NCBI GenBank assembly: GCA_963422615.1
Contig: OY730414.1
Coordinates: 1,302,001 to 1,346,301, forward strand
DNA: 44,301 nt
DNA from: Longimicrobiales bacterium
Lineage (GTDB): Bacteria > Gemmatimonadota > Gemmatimonadetes > Longimicrobiales > Gaopeijiaceae
Direction: 5' to 3'
Shown: positions 11,306-20,667 of the stretch, piece after piece
How the letters are laid out: each line of letters begins with the position of its first letter
How positions within the stretch are numbered: the stretch's first letter is position 1
Program-made: the position numbers and the translations under genes
Notes under the pieces: generated by a model
What the model was told of the DNA's origin: nothing
The model's database searches: none
Seen by the model: the letters and a program-made list of their open reading frames with translations, nothing else

Positions 11306-11998
11306 ATGATCGAAGTCGATCTGCTACCTGGAGGTAGGAGAGGCCGGCCCCGGCGCCGCAAAGCGCCGTCGCTCAACGGTTGGATTCTGGACCGGTGGAT
11401 CCTCGGGTCTGTCCTGGTCTTGGTCTCCTTCTTCGGCTTCGCGGCCTACTTCCTGTTTTCGGTTCGCAGCCGGGCATCTCGCCTGGAGGAGGCAGTGGAA
11501 GCGGCCCTTCGCGACTCCGTCCGCTATGCCGGGGTGATCACGAAGATCAACGAGCTGGAGGCTCGCCGGGATGCGATTTCCGGCAGGGTCGCGATCATTC
11601 GGGGGCTTGACGCCCGTCGCTACGTCTGGCCTCGAATTCTGGATGAAGTGGCCGCCGCGCTGCCCGGGGAAGTGTGGCTCACCCAGGTGGCAGAGTTGGG
11701 GGCCGAAGGTCCCCTGCGGTTTCGCGTCGAAGGAAATGCGTGGAGCAACTTCGCCCTGACCCGATTCTGGAACGGCCTCGAGTCGGCTCCCCACATCCGG
11801 AACGTGCGGCTGGTCAGCACGGAACACGCCGTCGTGGCGTCCGGCGGTCAGGACCGGGACATCTACTTCTTCGTTCTTGAGGCGGGTCACGAACGTGAGG
11901 CGGGCCACGAAACTTCCCGTATTGGAGGACCGGAGACCGTCACGCTTTCGGGTCTTGGCGCCCCCGGTTCCCGCCGGGACCTGTTGGAGAAACAATGA
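11306..11998 (+). CDS. pilN: Type IV pilus assembly protein PilN
   Basis: N-terminal IEVDLLP (INLLP-like), one TM helix, coiled coil, WPRILDEVAAALPGEVWLT; follows pilM. Confidence 0.88.
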   Translation: MIEVDLLPGGRRGRPRRRKAPSLNGWILDRWILGSVLVLVSFFGFAAYFLFSVRSRASRLEEAVEAALRDSVRYAGVITKINELEARRDAISGRVAIIRGLDARRYVWPRILDEVAAALPGEVWLTQVAELGAEGPLRFRVEGNAWSNFALTRFWNGLESAPHIRNVRLVSTEHAVVASGGQDRDIYFFVLEAGHEREAGHETSRIGGPETVTLSGLGAPGSRRDLLEKQ

Positions 11999-12603
11999 GC
12001 CTGTTGCCCAAGGACCCAGGGAAGCGAAATGCGGTTCTCATGGCCGTATTGGTCCTATCCTCCGCCTACCTCCTTCATTCCTACGTCTACACGCCGATAA
12101 GGGAAAACACCGATGCCCTGCAGGTTCGCCTGGGCAAGTTGGAAGACCAGAACCGGAGAGCAGAAGCGGCCGCGGACCGGGGTGGGGCGGAGCTGGAACG
12201 GCGGCTGACGACGTACGAGGCGCACGTCGCACAGTTGGAAAAGCTCATTCCCGCAAGCGAAGAAGTCGCGGCTCTCCTGGAAGCCATATCCTTGGAGGAA
12301 CGGCGGGCGGGTGTGGAGGTGACGGTGATGCGTCCCGACCTTGTGGAAGAAGGGGAGTTCTACGACCGCTGGAGCTACGAGCTGGGCGTCCGGGGCGGCT
12401 ATCATGCGGTAGGGTCCTTCATGACGGCGATCGCGTCTCTGGAACGGATCGTTGCCCCCGAAGGCGTGATCATCGTTTCTGCGAATTCGGGCGGCGGGAC
12501 AGGCGGCGATGTCCTCGCCAACTTCCGAATCCGGACGTATGTGTCCACTCCCCCAGAGCGGGATGCACCGTCGGTTAGCCAGGGTGGGGGGAGTCGGCCA
12601 TGA
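11995..12603 (+). CDS. pilO: Type IV pilus assembly protein PilO
   Basis: TM helix, coiled coil, LIPASEEVAALL, GGYHAVGSF...LERIV; ATGA overlap with pilN. Confidence 0.88.
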   Translation: MSLLPKDPGKRNAVLMAVLVLSSAYLLHSYVYTPIRENTDALQVRLGKLEDQNRRAEAAADRGGAELERRLTTYEAHVAQLEKLIPASEEVAALLEAISLEERRAGVEVTVMRPDLVEEGEFYDRWSYELGVRGGYHAVGSFMTAIASLERIVAPEGVIIVSANSGGGTGGDVLANFRIRTYVSTPPERDAPSVSQGGGSRP

Positions 12604-13190
12604 CTGGGAACCGCCGGGTCGGGTGGCTTGGGGCAGAGGGGCGCACGAGTCCGAAGCGGCCAGGCGCAGGAGCCGTGGCGGCGGTGGTGCTCGCTCTGGC
12701 CGCAGGCCCCGGGGATGCCCAGGAGACTCGACCGGACCCAGCCCGGGAGCGCCATTTCACACCCCCGGCCGACGGCGAACGGCCGCCGCCCTCGCAGCCT
12801 GCCGGGGGTCTTGGGATGGAGCGGGATGTCTTCGCGTATCTCTTGGGCGATCGTCGCGATCCCTTCCTTCCCCTCCTCGCCCCGCCCTCCGGCGGTCCTC
12901 GCTTCCATGAACTCCGCCTCCTGGGCATCATTCACCATCAGGAGGCCCGTTACAGCCTGGTTCTCTTGGCAACCGGGAGCGGAGGTGGTGTAGGGGGAGG
13001 TGAGGGCTCCGGTGGTGGAACCGGCGAATTCGGCTCCCAGTCCTACCGACTGCGGCCCGGGGAGATCGTCGGAGATACGCGGATCTTGGAGATCCGGGAA
13101 GACGGAGTAGGCGTTGAAGTAAACGCCCCCGCCGGGAAGATGCTCCGAGTCCTGAGACTTCCCCGGCCGGCGCGGAGATCCAGGTCATGA
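12600..13190 (+). CDS. PilP-like protein
   Basis: Lies between pilO and pilQ with 4-nt overlaps; RRDPF motif, LRLLGII, YRLRPGEIVGDTRILEI; no lipobox Cys visible. Confidence 0.7.
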   Translation: MTGNRRVGWLGAEGRTSPKRPGAGAVAAVVLALAAGPGDAQETRPDPARERHFTPPADGERPPPSQPAGGLGMERDVFAYLLGDRRDPFLPLLAPPSGGPRFHELRLLGIIHHQEARYSLVLLATGSGGGVGGGEGSGGGTGEFGSQSYRLRPGEIVGDTRILEIREDGVGVEVNAPAGKMLRVLRLPRPARRSRS

Positions 13191-14611
13191 GGGCAATTGT
13201 GCTGGGAGCGATGGGGGCTCTGGGCCTGGCTCTCGGCCTGGAGGCTGCGGTTTCCGGGGCTGGGGGGCAGAACGTACGTCACGGCCTGGAGATTCCTGCC
13301 CAGGAAGTCCTTCGGCCCATTACGGTATCTTTTTTCGACACGCCGATCCGGGATGTCCTGTTTGCTTTCGCCGACTTCGCAGGCCGCTCGGTCGTACCCG
13401 GGGCGGATGTAGAGGGGCGGGTCTCCGCCGAGATCCGGAATCAGGCGTGGGATACCGCCTTTCGGGCGATTCTCGAAGCGCACGGGCTCGTAGCCCGGGA
13501 AATGGAGAGCGGGATCATCCGCGTGGAGAATGCCCGAAGCCTCTTTGACCAAGAAACCGTCTTGCCGCTCTCGACCCGTCCCTTCCGCCTGAGCTATGCG
13601 GAGGCGGAGGAACTGCGGGACCCGGTCGCCGCTCTTCTGACGGAGCGGGGCCGGGTATCGGTCGGACAGGGAACCAACACTCTCGTGGTGACCGACATCT
13701 CCAGGGTCCTGGACGCCGCTGGGGAACTCGTCCAAGCCCTCGACATTCGGGTTCCCCAAATCGACATCGCGGCCGAAATCATCTTCGTGAACCGGACCGG
13801 CATGGAAGGGCTCGGCATCACCTACGAACTCAAGGACCGCAGGGGGAACCAGCTGAACTTTCTGACCCCTGGCGCCGTGGACAGGGACGGAGACGGATCC
13901 ATTCTCCTGCCCGATGAGCAGGTGGACCAGGGGACCGGCGTTGTCTCTTTGGGAGGCAACTCCCTCGCAGCTCTTGGAAACGCCACGAACCGCATCGGAA
14001 ATCCGACGCTCACCATCCTCGCCTCTCTCGTTGTCGGCCGGAGTACCCTAATTGCCTTCATCGACGCGCTTGAGTCGGTTCAGCTGACCGATGTGGAGGC
14101 GCATCCTTCTCTTCGAGTGATGGACAACCGAACGGCCAGGATCAGTGTCGGGGAAGAGACGCCCGTTCGCGTGATCGACGCCGGGTCGCAAGTCCTGGCC
14201 GGCGACGGAGGGGGAGGCCGAAGCTCGGTACCGGTGGCGACGGTGGACTACAAGGAAACCGGGGTCATTCTGGAAGTGACTCCCCGGGTTGCGACGGGGG
14301 ACGACATCCTCTTGGAGCTCACGGCAGAGCGCTCCTCGGCAGATCTTGCCCCCTCGGAGGTGGGACTCATCTTTCGCAGGCAAAGAGCTGAATCCAGAGT
14401 GCTGGTAAAAGACGGAGAAACGGTTGTGATCGGTGGCCTTACGGTGACCGAGACCGGGGAGGTGCGGTCCGGCATCCCCCTGCTCATGGACCTTCCCCTG
14501 ATCGGAAGATTCTTTCGCTCCCAGCGGGCATCCTCGATCGAACGGGAACTCCTGATCTTGGTGACTCCCCGTATCGTACGAAGCGGTTCCCCTGCAAGCG
14601 GGACGAACTGA
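13187..14611 (+). CDS. pilQ: Type IV pilus secretin PilQ (compact, no AMIN domains)
   Basis: N0-like ITVSFFDTPIRDVL...WDTAF, N3-like LSYAEA...TNTLVVTD...LD..VPQIDI, secretin GVILEVTPRV, VLVKDGETVVIGGL, GIPLLMDLPLIGRFF, ELLILVTPRIV. Confidence 0.93.
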   Translation: MRAIVLGAMGALGLALGLEAAVSGAGGQNVRHGLEIPAQEVLRPITVSFFDTPIRDVLFAFADFAGRSVVPGADVEGRVSAEIRNQAWDTAFRAILEAHGLVAREMESGIIRVENARSLFDQETVLPLSTRPFRLSYAEAEELRDPVAALLTERGRVSVGQGTNTLVVTDISRVLDAAGELVQALDIRVPQIDIAAEIIFVNRTGMEGLGITYELKDRRGNQLNFLTPGAVDRDGDGSILLPDEQVDQGTGVVSLGGNSLAALGNATNRIGNPTLTILASLVVGRSTLIAFIDALESVQLTDVEAHPSLRVMDNRTARISVGEETPVRVIDAGSQVLAGDGGGGRSSVPVATVDYKETGVILEVTPRVATGDDILLELTAERSSADLAPSEVGLIFRRQRAESRVLVKDGETVVIGGLTVTETGEVRSGIPLLMDLPLIGRFFRSQRASSIERELLILVTPRIVRSGSPASGTN

Positions 14612-14777
14612 TCCCGGTATGTTCGGGCCGTGGGTTTCCCTTGGGGGTCCGGTCCCGGCCGCCCGCGGCTTCCTTTGCGGCCAGGGTCCGACTACTTGTT
14701 GATTGGATGTCCGGGCGGCCGCAGCCTACGGATGCGAACCGGCCTGGGAACGACCCAACCCCCTATAGTCCCCCGAC

Positions 14778-16007
14778 ATGTCTCTTGCCCGCCTTTCGTT
14801 CCGAACCGCCGGAGAATCCCACGGCCGTGGCCTTGTCGCGCTGCTGGAGGGCGTGCCGGCCGGTCTTCCCCTGGACCCGGCTTCGGACATCGATCCCGAG
14901 CTGACCCGGCGCCAGGGCGGATACGGTCGGGGGCGCCGCATGCAGATCGAATCCGATCGAGCGGAGATCATTTCGGGCCTTCGCTTGGGGGAGACATTGG
15001 GTTCTCCGGTCTCCATGTTGATCTGGAATCGGGACTGGAAGAACTGGACCACGGCCATGGCCCACGAGCCGCCGGATCCGGCTGGCAACCCCAAGGCCTT
15101 GCGTCCCGTGTACCTCCCCAGGCCGGGCCACGCGGACCTCGCCGGGGTCCTGAAGTACGACCGCAGGGACGCCCGGGACATCCTGGAGCGGGCCTCCGCC
15201 CGGGAGACGGCTGCCCGGGTTGCCTGCGGCGCGGTGGCCCGTACCCTTCTCCGCGCAGTAGGGGTCTCCGTCGGGAGCCACGTCACCGGCATCGGCGACG
15301 TGGCAGCCCGAGCTTCCCACGACCTGGCCCGGGACCTGAACGTCGCTGCGGACGCTTCACCCTGCCGAACCCTGGACCCGGATGCTGAAACCGAGATGAT
15401 CAAGGCCATCGATCAGGCCCGCGAAACCGGGGATACCCTGGGCGGGTGCTTCGAGGTCGTGGTGCAGGGCCTCCCCGCGGGGCTCGGAAGCCACGTCTCC
15501 TGGGACCGGAAGCTGGACGGTCGTCTCGCCCAGGCGGTGATGTCGGTCCACGCCGTCAAGGGGGTCGAAATCGGACCTGCTTTCGTCAATGCCGGCCTTC
15601 CGGGCTCCCGCGTCCATGACGCCATCTTCCGGGACGACGCCATGACCCGGTCGGGGGGATTCAGGCGAGGAGGGAACCGGGCCGGAGGACTGGAAGGGGG
15701 GATCACCACGGGGTCCCCCTTGGTGGTCCGGGGAGCCATGAAGCCGATCTCCACCCTTCGGAAACGGCTTCCCAGCGTTGATCTCCGGAACGGTCGCGCG
15801 AAGGATGCGGCCGTGGAGAGAAGCGACGTCTGCGCCGTGCCGGCGGCGGCTGTCGTCGCCGAGTCGATGGTGGCTCTCGTGGTTGCCGACGCCATGCTGG
15901 AGAAGTTCGGCGGAGATTCTCTGTCCGAACTCCGGCGGAACCTGGGCGCCTATCTGGAGCGATTGTCGGCGCGGGGCTTCCTGGAGCGAGGGGCCCCGGG
16001 TCGATGA
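14778..16007 (+). CDS. aroC: Chorismate synthase
   Basis: TAGESHG, RRQGGYGRGRRMQIE, PRPGHADLAG, ERASARETAARVA, AGGLEGG, MKPISTL, ERSDVCAVP. Confidence 0.98.
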   Translation: MSLARLSFRTAGESHGRGLVALLEGVPAGLPLDPASDIDPELTRRQGGYGRGRRMQIESDRAEIISGLRLGETLGSPVSMLIWNRDWKNWTTAMAHEPPDPAGNPKALRPVYLPRPGHADLAGVLKYDRRDARDILERASARETAARVACGAVARTLLRAVGVSVGSHVTGIGDVAARASHDLARDLNVAADASPCRTLDPDAETEMIKAIDQARETGDTLGGCFEVVVQGLPAGLGSHVSWDRKLDGRLAQAVMSVHAVKGVEIGPAFVNAGLPGSRVHDAIFRDDAMTRSGGFRRGGNRAGGLEGGITTGSPLVVRGAMKPISTLRKRLPSVDLRNGRAKDAAVERSDVCAVPAAAVVAESMVALVVADAMLEKFGGDSLSELRRNLGAYLERLSARGFLERGAPGR

Positions 16008-16627
16008 TGCCGATGCTCTCGGCTGCCCCGGAATCGCCCCGGAACCGGGCTCCTATTCGGCGCCTGGTCCTCATCGGCTTCATGGGGGCCGGCAAGTCCG
16101 CCGTGGGACCCTGGGTCGCCCGGGCGCTGGGATGGAAATTCGTGGACCTCGATGATGAGATCGCCAGGCGGGAAGGCGTCCCCGTGCCCGAAGTCATTCG
16201 TCGCCGGGGCATCGCCCACTTCCGACGGGTGGAATCGAAAATCGGAAAGCAAGTGCTGAAGCGACCGTACAGGGTGCTGTCCGTCGGCGGCGGATGGGCC
16301 GCCCAGCCCGGACACATGGCGCTTCTGGACGGCGTGGCCCTGTCGGTCTGGCTGCAGGTTCGGCCCGCGACCGCCCTGGCCAGGATCCGGGCGTCCACCC
16401 TTACCCGGCCATTGCTGGAGGTCAAAGATCCGCTCCCGACGGCCCGAGCGTTGCTACGGGAACGCACTCCCCACTACGAGGGAAGCCGCATTAGAATCGG
16501 AACGGAAGGCAAGTCGCCGGAGACCGTAGCCCGAGAAGTCATTGAGAGGGCGGGTCCGAAGGTCGGGCTCTCTCTTCCGGAATCCGTTGCTCATGACAAC
16601 AAGAAAGGATGCGAAGGTTCAACATGA
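16004..16627 (+). CDS. aroK: Shikimate kinase
   Basis: LIGFMGAGKS P-loop, FVDLD, FRRVE, GGG, RPLL, R..HY. Confidence 0.95.
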   Translation: MMPMLSAAPESPRNRAPIRRLVLIGFMGAGKSAVGPWVARALGWKFVDLDDEIARREGVPVPEVIRRRGIAHFRRVESKIGKQVLKRPYRVLSVGGGWAAQPGHMALLDGVALSVWLQVRPATALARIRASTLTRPLLEVKDPLPTARALLRERTPHYEGSRIRIGTEGKSPETVAREVIERAGPKVGLSLPESVAHDNKKGCEGST

Positions 16628-19071
16628 AACTGGTGATCGTCGAATCGGGCGCAAAGAGTAAGACCATAGAGAGGTTTCTGGGCCCCGGGCACAAAGTCGC
16701 CGCTTCCAACGGCCACATCCGGGACCTTCCTCCGAAAAAATCCGCGATCCCCAAACGCCTGAGGGACAAGTCCTGGGCCGAATTGGGCGTCGACACGGAG
16801 GGTGACTTCAAGCCCATCTACATCGTTCCCCAAAAGAGCAAGAAGCAGGTAAGGGAGCTGAAGAAGCTCGTTTCTGGAGCCAAGGAGGTTCTCCTCGCCA
16901 CCGACGTAGATCGGGAGGGAGAGGCGATCAGTTGGCACCTTGTTGAGGTCTTGAACCTCGGCAACGGCCGCCGCCCGGGGGTAAAACGGATCGTCTTCCA
17001 GGAGATCACTCGGGGGGCGATCGAAGAGGCGCTGGCCAACCCCCGAGAGGTGAACCTGCGGCTCGTCTATGCGCAGGAGGCCCGGCGCGTCCTGGACCGC
17101 CTCTACGGCTACAGCCTTTCTCCCGTTCTATGGAGAAAGGTCCACCCCAGGCTCAGTGCCGGAAGGGTCCAGAGCGTCGCGTTGCGGCTCGTCGTGGACC
17201 GGGAAGAGGAGCGTCGCGCCTTCACTGCCTCCCAGTACTGGGGTGTGAACGCCCAGCTGGCCTCGGACGAGCTGGACTTCTCGGCGGCGCTGGTCCGAAT
17301 TGGCGGGAAGCCGCTGGTGACCGGCAAGGACTTCGATCCTGTGACCGGGAACCGTCGTTCGTCGTCCCGGGCCGTTCTGCTGGACGAAGGGGGTGCCGGG
17401 AGGATTTCCAAGGAGGCCTTGGCATCCCTTCCCTGGCGGGTCGCCTCGGTAGAGCCGAAGGCGGCCCGGAGGAGACCGCCGCCCCCCTTTACGACTTCGA
17501 CCCTTCAGCAGGCGGCGAGCAGCCGCCTCCGCATGTCGCCCAAGAGGACGATGTACTTGGCCCAGGGGCTCTACGAAGGAGTTTCCTTCGGAAAGGGGGA
17601 GCGGGAAGGACTGATCACCTATATGCGGACGGACTCGGTCACCCTTTCCCGGAAGGCGCTGGGCGATGCCGGGCGCTATATCCGGGGTGAGTTCGGGGAC
17701 GACTACTACAACGGCCCCAGGTTCTACAAGACCAAGTCCAAGGCTGCTCAAGAGGCGCACGAGGCGATCCGGCCCACCGTGATCTCCCGGACGCCCGAGA
17801 AGGTGGCCCCCTTCCTGGAAAAGGACCAGCTCAAGCTCTACCGCCTCATTTGGAGCCGCACCGTCGCCTCCCAGATGACCGATGCCCGGTTCGACAAGAC
17901 CACCGTAAACCTGGAGGTCCGGATCGGGGTCACGGACCACACCTTCCGAGCGACGGGGTCCGTCTTGCGCTTCCCGGGCTTCCAGAAGGTCTACGGGAGC
18001 GGGAATGGGGACCGGCTCCTTCCCGCGCTGGCCGTGGGAGATCGGATCTTCACGGAAGAGGCCCTTCGCTTGAAGTCGAAGGCCCTCCTGGCGGAGCCGC
18101 CGACGTTCCTTCGGTCGGTGGAGCCCGAGGTGCGCCAGACCAAGCCCCGGCCCCGCTACACGGAAGCCTCCCTGGTCAAGAAGATGGAAGAAGTGGGGAT
18201 CGGCAGGCCCTCCACCTACACACCGACGCTGTCGAAGATCCAGGAGCGGGACTACGTTCGCAAGAAGCGCGGCGGCCTGATCCCCACGTTCCTGGGGATC
18301 GCGGTCAACCAGCTTCTGGTCGAGCACTTCAGCCGGTACGTTGACCTTGACTTCACGGCGCAGATGGAAAATGTGCTGGACAAAATCGCCGCCTTGGGCG
18401 ACGACACCGCGGCTGATGATAGGCGCCTGGACTTCCTTGAGGGATTCTACGAGGGCCTCACCAAACAAATCGAAGAGGCTTTGCCCGAGTATCCCAAGAT
18501 CCCGTTTGGCACCTGCCCCGACACGGGCAAGCTGATGTGCATCAAGATCGGGCGCTGGGGGCCGTACGCCGAGCGGGGTGAGGACGGCGAGGTGGAGCGC
18601 GTGACGCTTCCGAGAGACCGCCTCATCGACGAGCTCACCGTACCTCGGCTCGCCAAGCTCTTCACCCTTCCCCGAACCCTGGGAACCGACCCGAAGGGTG
18701 GGGAGGACGTGATCGCCGGAGTGAACAAGTACGGACCCCACGTACGAAGAGGCAAAGAGTACGGGAGCTTGGAGTCGTTGGACCACCTCTTCACGGTCAC
18801 CTTGGAGGAGGCCCTGGAAATCCTAGAAAGAAAGAAGAATGGAAAAGGAGGAAAGAAGGTGCTCAAGGTGTTGGGGCCGCACCCGGAATCCGGTGCCGAG
18901 ATCCAGGTGGTGGACGGGCGTTACGGGCCCTACGTGACCGACGGAACCACCAATGCGACCATACCCAGAGGCCAAGACCCCCAGGAGAAGTCGCTTGAGG
19001 AAGCTGTGAGGCTTCTTGCCGCCAAGCGAGGGTCCGCCAAGCGAGGGTCCCGTCGGTCTCCCCGCAAGTGA
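16624..19071 (+). CDS. topA: DNA topoisomerase I (type IA) with C-terminal Toprim_C-type repeats
   Basis: LVIVES..K, GHIRDL, LATDVDREGEAI, SAGRVQS, GLITYMRTDS (catalytic Tyr), QEAHEAIRPT, GIGRPSTY, repeats GRWGPY/NKYGPH/GRYGPY. ATG at 16624 overlaps the aroK stop. Confidence 0.98.
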   Translation: MKLVIVESGAKSKTIERFLGPGHKVAASNGHIRDLPPKKSAIPKRLRDKSWAELGVDTEGDFKPIYIVPQKSKKQVRELKKLVSGAKEVLLATDVDREGEAISWHLVEVLNLGNGRRPGVKRIVFQEITRGAIEEALANPREVNLRLVYAQEARRVLDRLYGYSLSPVLWRKVHPRLSAGRVQSVALRLVVDREEERRAFTASQYWGVNAQLASDELDFSAALVRIGGKPLVTGKDFDPVTGNRRSSSRAVLLDEGGAGRISKEALASLPWRVASVEPKAARRRPPPPFTTSTLQQAASSRLRMSPKRTMYLAQGLYEGVSFGKGEREGLITYMRTDSVTLSRKALGDAGRYIRGEFGDDYYNGPRFYKTKSKAAQEAHEAIRPTVISRTPEKVAPFLEKDQLKLYRLIWSRTVASQMTDARFDKTTVNLEVRIGVTDHTFRATGSVLRFPGFQKVYGSGNGDRLLPALAVGDRIFTEEALRLKSKALLAEPPTFLRSVEPEVRQTKPRPRYTEASLVKKMEEVGIGRPSTYTPTLSKIQERDYVRKKRGGLIPTFLGIAVNQLLVEHFSRYVDLDFTAQMENVLDKIAALGDDTAADDRRLDFLEGFYEGLTKQIEEALPEYPKIPFGTCPDTGKLMCIKIGRWGPYAERGEDGEVERVTLPRDRLIDELTVPRLAKLFTLPRTLGTDPKGGEDVIAGVNKYGPHVRRGKEYGSLESLDHLFTVTLEEALEILERKKNGKGGKKVLKVLGPHPESGAEIQVVDGRYGPYVTDGTTNATIPRGQDPQEKSLEEAVRLLAAKRGSAKRGSRRSPRK
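19021..19050 (+). repeat. Perfect 15-bp tandem duplication (GCCAAGCGAGGGTCC x2) in the topA 3' end
   Basis: Read directly at 19021-19035 and 19036-19050; encodes AKRGS-AKRGS. Confidence 0.95.
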
Positions 19072-19128
19072 GGCCCGCCGGGCGAGCCGGTTCCCGCTGT
19101 TCCCGCTGAACGCTCGACTGGATACGCT

Positions 19129-20058
19129 GTGCCCCCCGCGAATCGCAGCCCGCTGACCTGCCAGGCCGCCGACTTTCTGCGCCATCTGGAAGTGACGCGG
19201 AACCTGTCACCGAACACGGTGGTGGCGTACAAGCGCGACCTCCGCGACTTGGAGGAATTCGCGGGCGGCTACCTGGGCCGTGACGACTACGCATGGACAG
19301 ATGTGGACCGGGGCGTGATTCGCGCCTTCCTGGGAGAAGCCGGCCGGAGGGGCTTGGCCCCCCGCACCGTCGCGCGAAAGCTCGCTGCCGTTCGGGCTTT
19401 CTTCCGCTACCTTCGCCGCGAAGGGTACGTGCCGTCCGATCCGGCCCGGCTGGTACGAGGCCCCAAGCTCGACCGCACGCTCCCGGGGCACATGCGGCTC
19501 GAGGAGACCGACGCCCTCTTTCGCTGGGCGGAAGAGAGGGCGGCCCGGGAGAACGGCCTCACGGAAACCCGGCTTCTCGCCTTGCTTGAGCTGTTCTACG
19601 GCAGCGGCCTTCGCCTCTCCGAGCTCGCGGCCCTGGACCTGGGTGCGCTTGACTTGGAGCAACGCCAGGTCCGCGTTCTGGGGAAAGGGAGGAAGGAACG
19701 CATTGTTCCCGTCACCCGGTCCGCAGGGAGGGCGATTCGAAAGTACCTGCTCCGGCGCGACGAGGTGCGGAAGGACGGTTGCCCCGCCCTCTTCGTGGGC
19801 CGCCACGGGGAGCGCCTGTCGACCCGGTACATCCAGCGCGCGGTGTGCACCGTCCTTTCCGACTTCGCCACCGCGGCAAACGTGTCCGTCCATTCACTGC
19901 GGCATACCTTCGCCACCCATCTTGTGGATGCAGGGGCCGACCTGATGGCCGTCAAGGAGCTCTTGGGCCACGCCTCTCTGGGGACGACCAGCATCTACAC
20001 CCACACCTCCAAGGAACGGCTGCGCCGGGTCTACAAGGGTGCCCACCCCCGCGCGTAA
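19129..20058 (+). CDS. xerC: Tyrosine recombinase XerC
   Basis: LSPNTVVAYKRDL, YGSGLRLSEL, GKGRKERIVP, HSLRHTFATHL, LLGHASLGTTSIYTH, terminal AHPRA; topA-xerC-hslV-hslU context. GTG start. Confidence 0.93.
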   Translation: MPPANRSPLTCQAADFLRHLEVTRNLSPNTVVAYKRDLRDLEEFAGGYLGRDDYAWTDVDRGVIRAFLGEAGRRGLAPRTVARKLAAVRAFFRYLRREGYVPSDPARLVRGPKLDRTLPGHMRLEETDALFRWAEERAARENGLTETRLLALLELFYGSGLRLSELAALDLGALDLEQRQVRVLGKGRKERIVPVTRSAGRAIRKYLLRRDEVRKDGCPALFVGRHGERLSTRYIQRAVCTVLSDFATAANVSVHSLRHTFATHLVDAGADLMAVKELLGHASLGTTSIYTHTSKERLRRVYKGAHPRA

Positions 20059-20070
20059 GAGACTGCCCCC

Positions 20071-20667
20071 ATGATCTTCCATACGCTACGTTCCTCCATG
20101 AACCCCGTCGCATCCATCCGTCCTGGCGCCCGTGTACGGGCCACGACCGTGGTCGCGGTTGCCAGAGACGGGCGCGTGGCCATGGCCGGCGACGGGCAGG
20201 TTTCCGTAGGAGACACGGTGGTCAAAGGGGCGGCGCGCAAGGTGCGACGCCTCAGGGACGGCTTGATTCTCGTCGGCTTCGCCGGAGCCGTCGCCGACGC
20301 CTTCACTCTTTTTGCCAAGCTGGAGAGCAAGCTGGAGCAGTGGCCGACCAACTTGCCCCGGGCCTGCGTTGAACTCGCCAAGGAATGGCGCACTGATCGC
20401 TACCTTCGCCGACTGGAGGCGCTTTTGGCGGTGGCCGATCGTGAACACATGTTTCTGGTGAGTGGAGATGGAAACGTGATCGAACCCGACCAGCCCGTTC
20501 TGGCCATCGGTTCGGGGGGCGCCTACGCGCTGGCGGCGGCCCGAGCCCTTTTGGGGTGCTCCGATCTGGGAGCGGCCGAGATCGCGCGGCAAGCCATGGA
20601 GATTGCCGCGGACATCTGCGTCTTCACGAACCGGCAGATTACGGTCCTGGAACTGGAGACGACATGA
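20071..20667 (+). CDS. hslV: ATP-dependent protease subunit HslV
   Basis: RA|TTVVAV (catalytic Thr at 20143), [46 protein letters not shown]. Start could be 20098. Confidence 0.97.
   Translation: MIFHTLRSSMNPVASIRPGARVRATTVVAVARDGRVAMAGDGQVSVGDTVVKGAARKVRRLRDGLILVGFAGAVADAFTLFAKLESKLEQWPTNLPRACVELAKEWRTDRYLRRLEALLAVADREHMFLVSGDGNVIEPDQPVLAIGSGGAYALAAARALLGCSDLGAAEIARQAMEIAADICVFTNRQITVLELETT

Noticed and set aside
17128..18786. 552-aa antisense ORF (likewise 20523-22160, 22765-23982, 27648-29168, 34890-36221, 36366-37571)
   Set aside because: Shadows of well-supported genes on the opposite strand, expected in high-GC DNA; no motifs.
19129..20058. Tyrosine recombinase as a mobile-element integrase
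   Set aside because: Size, terminal HPRA and topA-hslVU context indicate housekeeping XerC.
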